A stretch of 64,000 nucleotides of DNA from Pristiophorus japonicus (taxonomy: Eukaryota), in assembly GCF_044704955.1 (NCBI RefSeq), contig NC_091979.1:232004001-232068000 (forward strand), in the 5' to 3' direction. The notes under the pieces were generated by a model. That model had not been told where the DNA came from. It saw nothing but the letters and a program-made list of their open reading frames with translations, and did not search any database. Below, in pieces: positions 60,887-64,000 of this stretch; the stretch's first letter is position 1; each line of letters starts with the position of its first letter. The position numbers and the translations under genes are program-made.

Positions 60887-61018
60887 CAATATTCGCCCTA
60901 AGGTGCGTAGCCACGCGAGGTCCCTCCAGCCGTTGCTGCCGGATGAGATACCAAGCATGAGCAGCCACACAGCAAATTTAAAGGGACTCCACACAAAACA
61001 AAATGAGAAGGAACATTG
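60887..61018. mobile_element. hAT-type MITE
   Basis: CAATATTC...GGAACATTG ends; TSD TACACCAG / TACACCAA. Confidence 0.65.
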
Positions 61019-61145
61019 TACACCAATATAGGTTATGAGAGAGAAGGAAAGCAGTCACTGCTAAATACTGGAATTGCAAAATTCCTCTCTGACCCTCTTC
61101 ATCCAACTCGAAGTGAGTCAGAGTGGGTTTTTTTTTCAGATGAGA

Positions 61146-61520
61146 ATATAAGAATTAGGAGCAACAGTAGGCCATACGGTCCCTCGAGCCTGCTCCGCCA
61201 TTCAATAAGATCATGGCTAATCTTCGACCTCAACTCCACTTTCCTGCCCGATCCCCATATCCCTCGATTCCCGTAAAGTCCAAAAATCTTGTCAATCTCA
61301 GCCTTGAACACACTCAATGACTGAGCCTCCACAGCCCTCTGGGGACAGAGAATTCCAAAGATTCACCACCCTCTGAGTGAAGAAATTCCTCCTCATCTCG
61401 CTCCTAAATGGCCAACCCCTTATCCTGAGACTCTGACCCCTGGTTCTAGACCCTCCAGCCCGAGGGAAACATCCTCCCTGCATCTACCCTGTCAAGCCCT
61501 GTAAGAATCTTAGACGTTTC
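61146..61520 (-). mobile_element. CR1 3' fragment, cut by the Gypsy insertion
   Basis: RRNFFTQRVVNLWNSL; the CR1 match stops abruptly at the LTR start. Confidence 0.88.
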
Positions 61521-61720
61521 TGTTTTATGTAACCCTTGGCAACCTGTATCATACCACCACCAGAGGGCTGACCTTTTGGATCCCAGCATCCCTTGGGAGC
61601 ACTGTATATAAGCGGGCCTCCCATGCTGTACCAACACTCGAGTTGTAATTAAAGGAGCTAAGGTCGCACTTACTCATTGCTTACAGTACTCAGTTGTATC
61701 ACTTTATTATGAGCATAACA
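61521..61720 (+). mobile_element. 5' LTR of a Gypsy element; PBS TGGCGACGAG at 61723-61732
   Basis: TGTT...AACA termini, TATATAA, ATTAAA; PBS complementary to a tRNA 3' end (tRNA-Ser GCU-like). Confidence 0.9.
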
Positions 61721-61753
61721 ATTGGCGACGAGATAACGAACAACCACGCGAAA

Positions 61754-64000
61754 ATGCAAAGAACTGTTGGTATCCTGGAGAAATTCTCAGAAGGGGATGA
61801 TTGGGAGGCCTTCGTGGAGCGACTTGACCAATACTTCGTGGCCAACGAGCTGGAAGGGAACGAGAACGCTGCCAAACGAAGGGCTATCCTCCTTGCCGTC
61901 TGTGGGGCAACAACCTATGGCCTCATGAAGAATCTTCTAGCTCTGGTGAAACCAACAACCAAATCCTATGAAGAACTGTGTACGCTGATCCGGGAGCACC
62001 TAAATCCGAAGGAAAGCGTTTTGATGGCAAGGTATTGGTTCTACATGTGTCAACGGTCTGAAGGCCAGGAAGTGGTGAGCTACGTCGCCGAACTAAGGCG
62101 CCTTGCAGGACAATGCGAATTCGATGGATTCCTTGAGCAAATGCTAAGAGACTTTTTTGTGTTTGGCATTGGCCATGAGGTTATCCTTCGCAAACTATTG
62201 ACTATTGAAACACCGAACTGAGCAAAGCCATAACGATAGCCCAGGCATTTATGTCCACCAGCGATAACACCAAACAAATTTTGCAGCATAAAGAGGTTTC
62301 AGCTAGTACTGTACACAAAGCAACATCGTTTTCAGGCAGGAATGCATATGACAGAATGCAGCTGCACGACCTCAGATGACCCAGAGTCTGCCATCAATCA
62401 TTAATGCGAGACAGTTAACACCTTGTTGGCGCTGCAGAGGTGATCATCGAGCCCATCAATGCCGCTTCAAACACTATGCGTGCAAAGGCTGTGAAACAAT
62501 GGGACACCTCCAGCGAATGTGCAGACGAGCTGCAAACCCTGCAAACCACCATGTTGCAGAGGAAGATCAATCCATTGTGGATCAGGCTGAACTAGAGACT
62601 CGAACCGAGGAGGCAGAAGTACACACCTTCACCACGAAAAGTCCACCGATCATGTTAAAAGTTGAACTGAACGGAATTCCAGTATCCATGGAACTGGACA
62701 GGGGTGCGAGTCAGTCTATCATGAGCAAAAAAGGCCTTCGCCAGGCTGTGGTGCAACAAGGCACTCAGGCCCAAGCTTAGCCCCATTCACATCAAGCTAA
62801 GAACTTACACCAAAGAGCTGATCCCTGTAATTGGCAGTGCAGCAGTAAAAGTCTCCTATGATGGAGCAGTGCACGAACTCCCACTATGGATTGTACCAGG
62901 AGATGGCCCCACACTGTTCGGCAGAAGCTGGCTGGGAAAAATCCACTGGAACTAAGACGACATCCTAGTGCTTTCGTCTGTCGACAACACCTCATGTGCC
63001 CAGGTTCTGAGCAGGTTCCCGTCGTTGTTTGAGCCAGACATTGGAAGTTTCTCAGGGGCGAAGGTGCAGATCCACTTGGTTCCCGGTACAGGACCCATCC
63101 ACCACAAGGCACGGGTGGTGCCATATATGATGTGAGGGAAAGTGGAAATTGAGCTGGACAGGCTGTAGCGAGAAGGCATCATCACGCCGGTGGAGTTCAA
63201 CGAGTGGGCCAGTCCGATTGTTCCGGTTCTCAAAGGTGACGGCACGGTCAGAATTTGTGGGGACTATAAAGTAACGATTAACCGTTTTTCACTGCAGGAC
63301 CAGTACCCGCTACCCAAGGCAGACATCCTTTTTGCGACACTGGCAGGAGGAAAGACGTTCACCAAGTTGGATCTGACCTTGGCCTACATGACGCGGGAGC
63401 TGGAGTAATCTTCGAAAGGCCTCACCTGCATCAACACGCACAAAGGTCTGTTCATCTATAACAGATGCCCGTTTGGGATTCGTTCGGCCGTGGCAATTTT
63501 CCAACGGAACATGGAGAACCTGTTAAAGTCGGTTCCGCGCACTGTGGTCTTCCAGGACGACATACTGGTCACAGGTCGGGACACCATCGAGCACTTGCAG
63601 AACCTGGAAGAGGTTCTAAGTCGGCTAGATCGCGTGGGACTCAGGTCGAAACACTCGAAGTGTGTTTTCCTGGCAACAGAGGTCGAGTTCTTGGGAAGAA
63701 GAATTGCGGCAGACGGCATCAGACCCACCGACACCAAGACGGAGGCCATCAAGGACGCGCTGAGACCACAGAACGTGACGGAGCTGCGGTTGTTCCTGGG
63801 ACTCCTCAACTATTTTGGTAATTTCCTACCCGGGTTAAGCACCTTGCTAGAACCTCTACATGTGTTGCTAGGGAGACGACTGGGTATGGGGGAAATCACA
63901 AGAGGCTGCTTTTGAGAAAGCTAGAAATCTGCTCTGTTCCAACAACTGCTTGTTCTGTATAACCCATGTAAACGATTAGTACTAGCTTGCGATGCATCGT
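61754..64000 (+). mobile_element. Gypsy gag-pol, disrupted (gag, CCHC knuckles, protease, RT, start of RNase H); runs off the window
   Basis: DWEAFVERLDQYF; CWRC..H..C / CKGC..GHLQRMC; MELDRGAS; EWASPIVPV..RICGDYK; VFQDDIL; FLGLLNYF; several stops and frameshifts. Confidence 0.95.

Noticed and set aside
679-61720. The two LTRs as ends of one 61-kb element
   Set aside because: The first follows integrase and PPT (3' LTR), the second precedes PBS and gag (5' LTR); they are diverged and belong to separate insertions.

Overview
Vertebrate genomic DNA, almost certainly from a cartilaginous fish (shark); this is inferred from the repeat families, not from a search. Most of the window is decayed transposons and tandem repeats. 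These include CR1, L2, RTE and Tx1 LINEs, about ten Deu-domain tRNA-SINEs (SacSINE1-like), a second older SINE family, two Gypsy LTR retrotransposons cut by the window edges, a solo LTR, hAT- and Tigger-type MITEs, at least six minisatellite families and a ~5 kb CT tract. There are three N gaps. Nearly all long ORFs in the track are TE fragments or repeat artefacts, and no complete cellular gene is visible. Unique islands carry splice signals suggesting the 5' part of a large, unidentified + strand gene (candidate exons ~30540-30909, 33012-33215 and 58649-58714, the last two phase-compatible) and three DR1 nuclear-receptor sites. The best-supported unusual structures are an RTE copy with an L1-style twin-priming 5' inversion, a 126-bp near-perfect palindrome, a templated inverted insertion, a 58-bp hAT MITE and nested TE insertions. 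I found no convincing new biological system. Most TE boundaries are approximate (about +/-20 bp) unless a target-site duplication (TSD) is cited.
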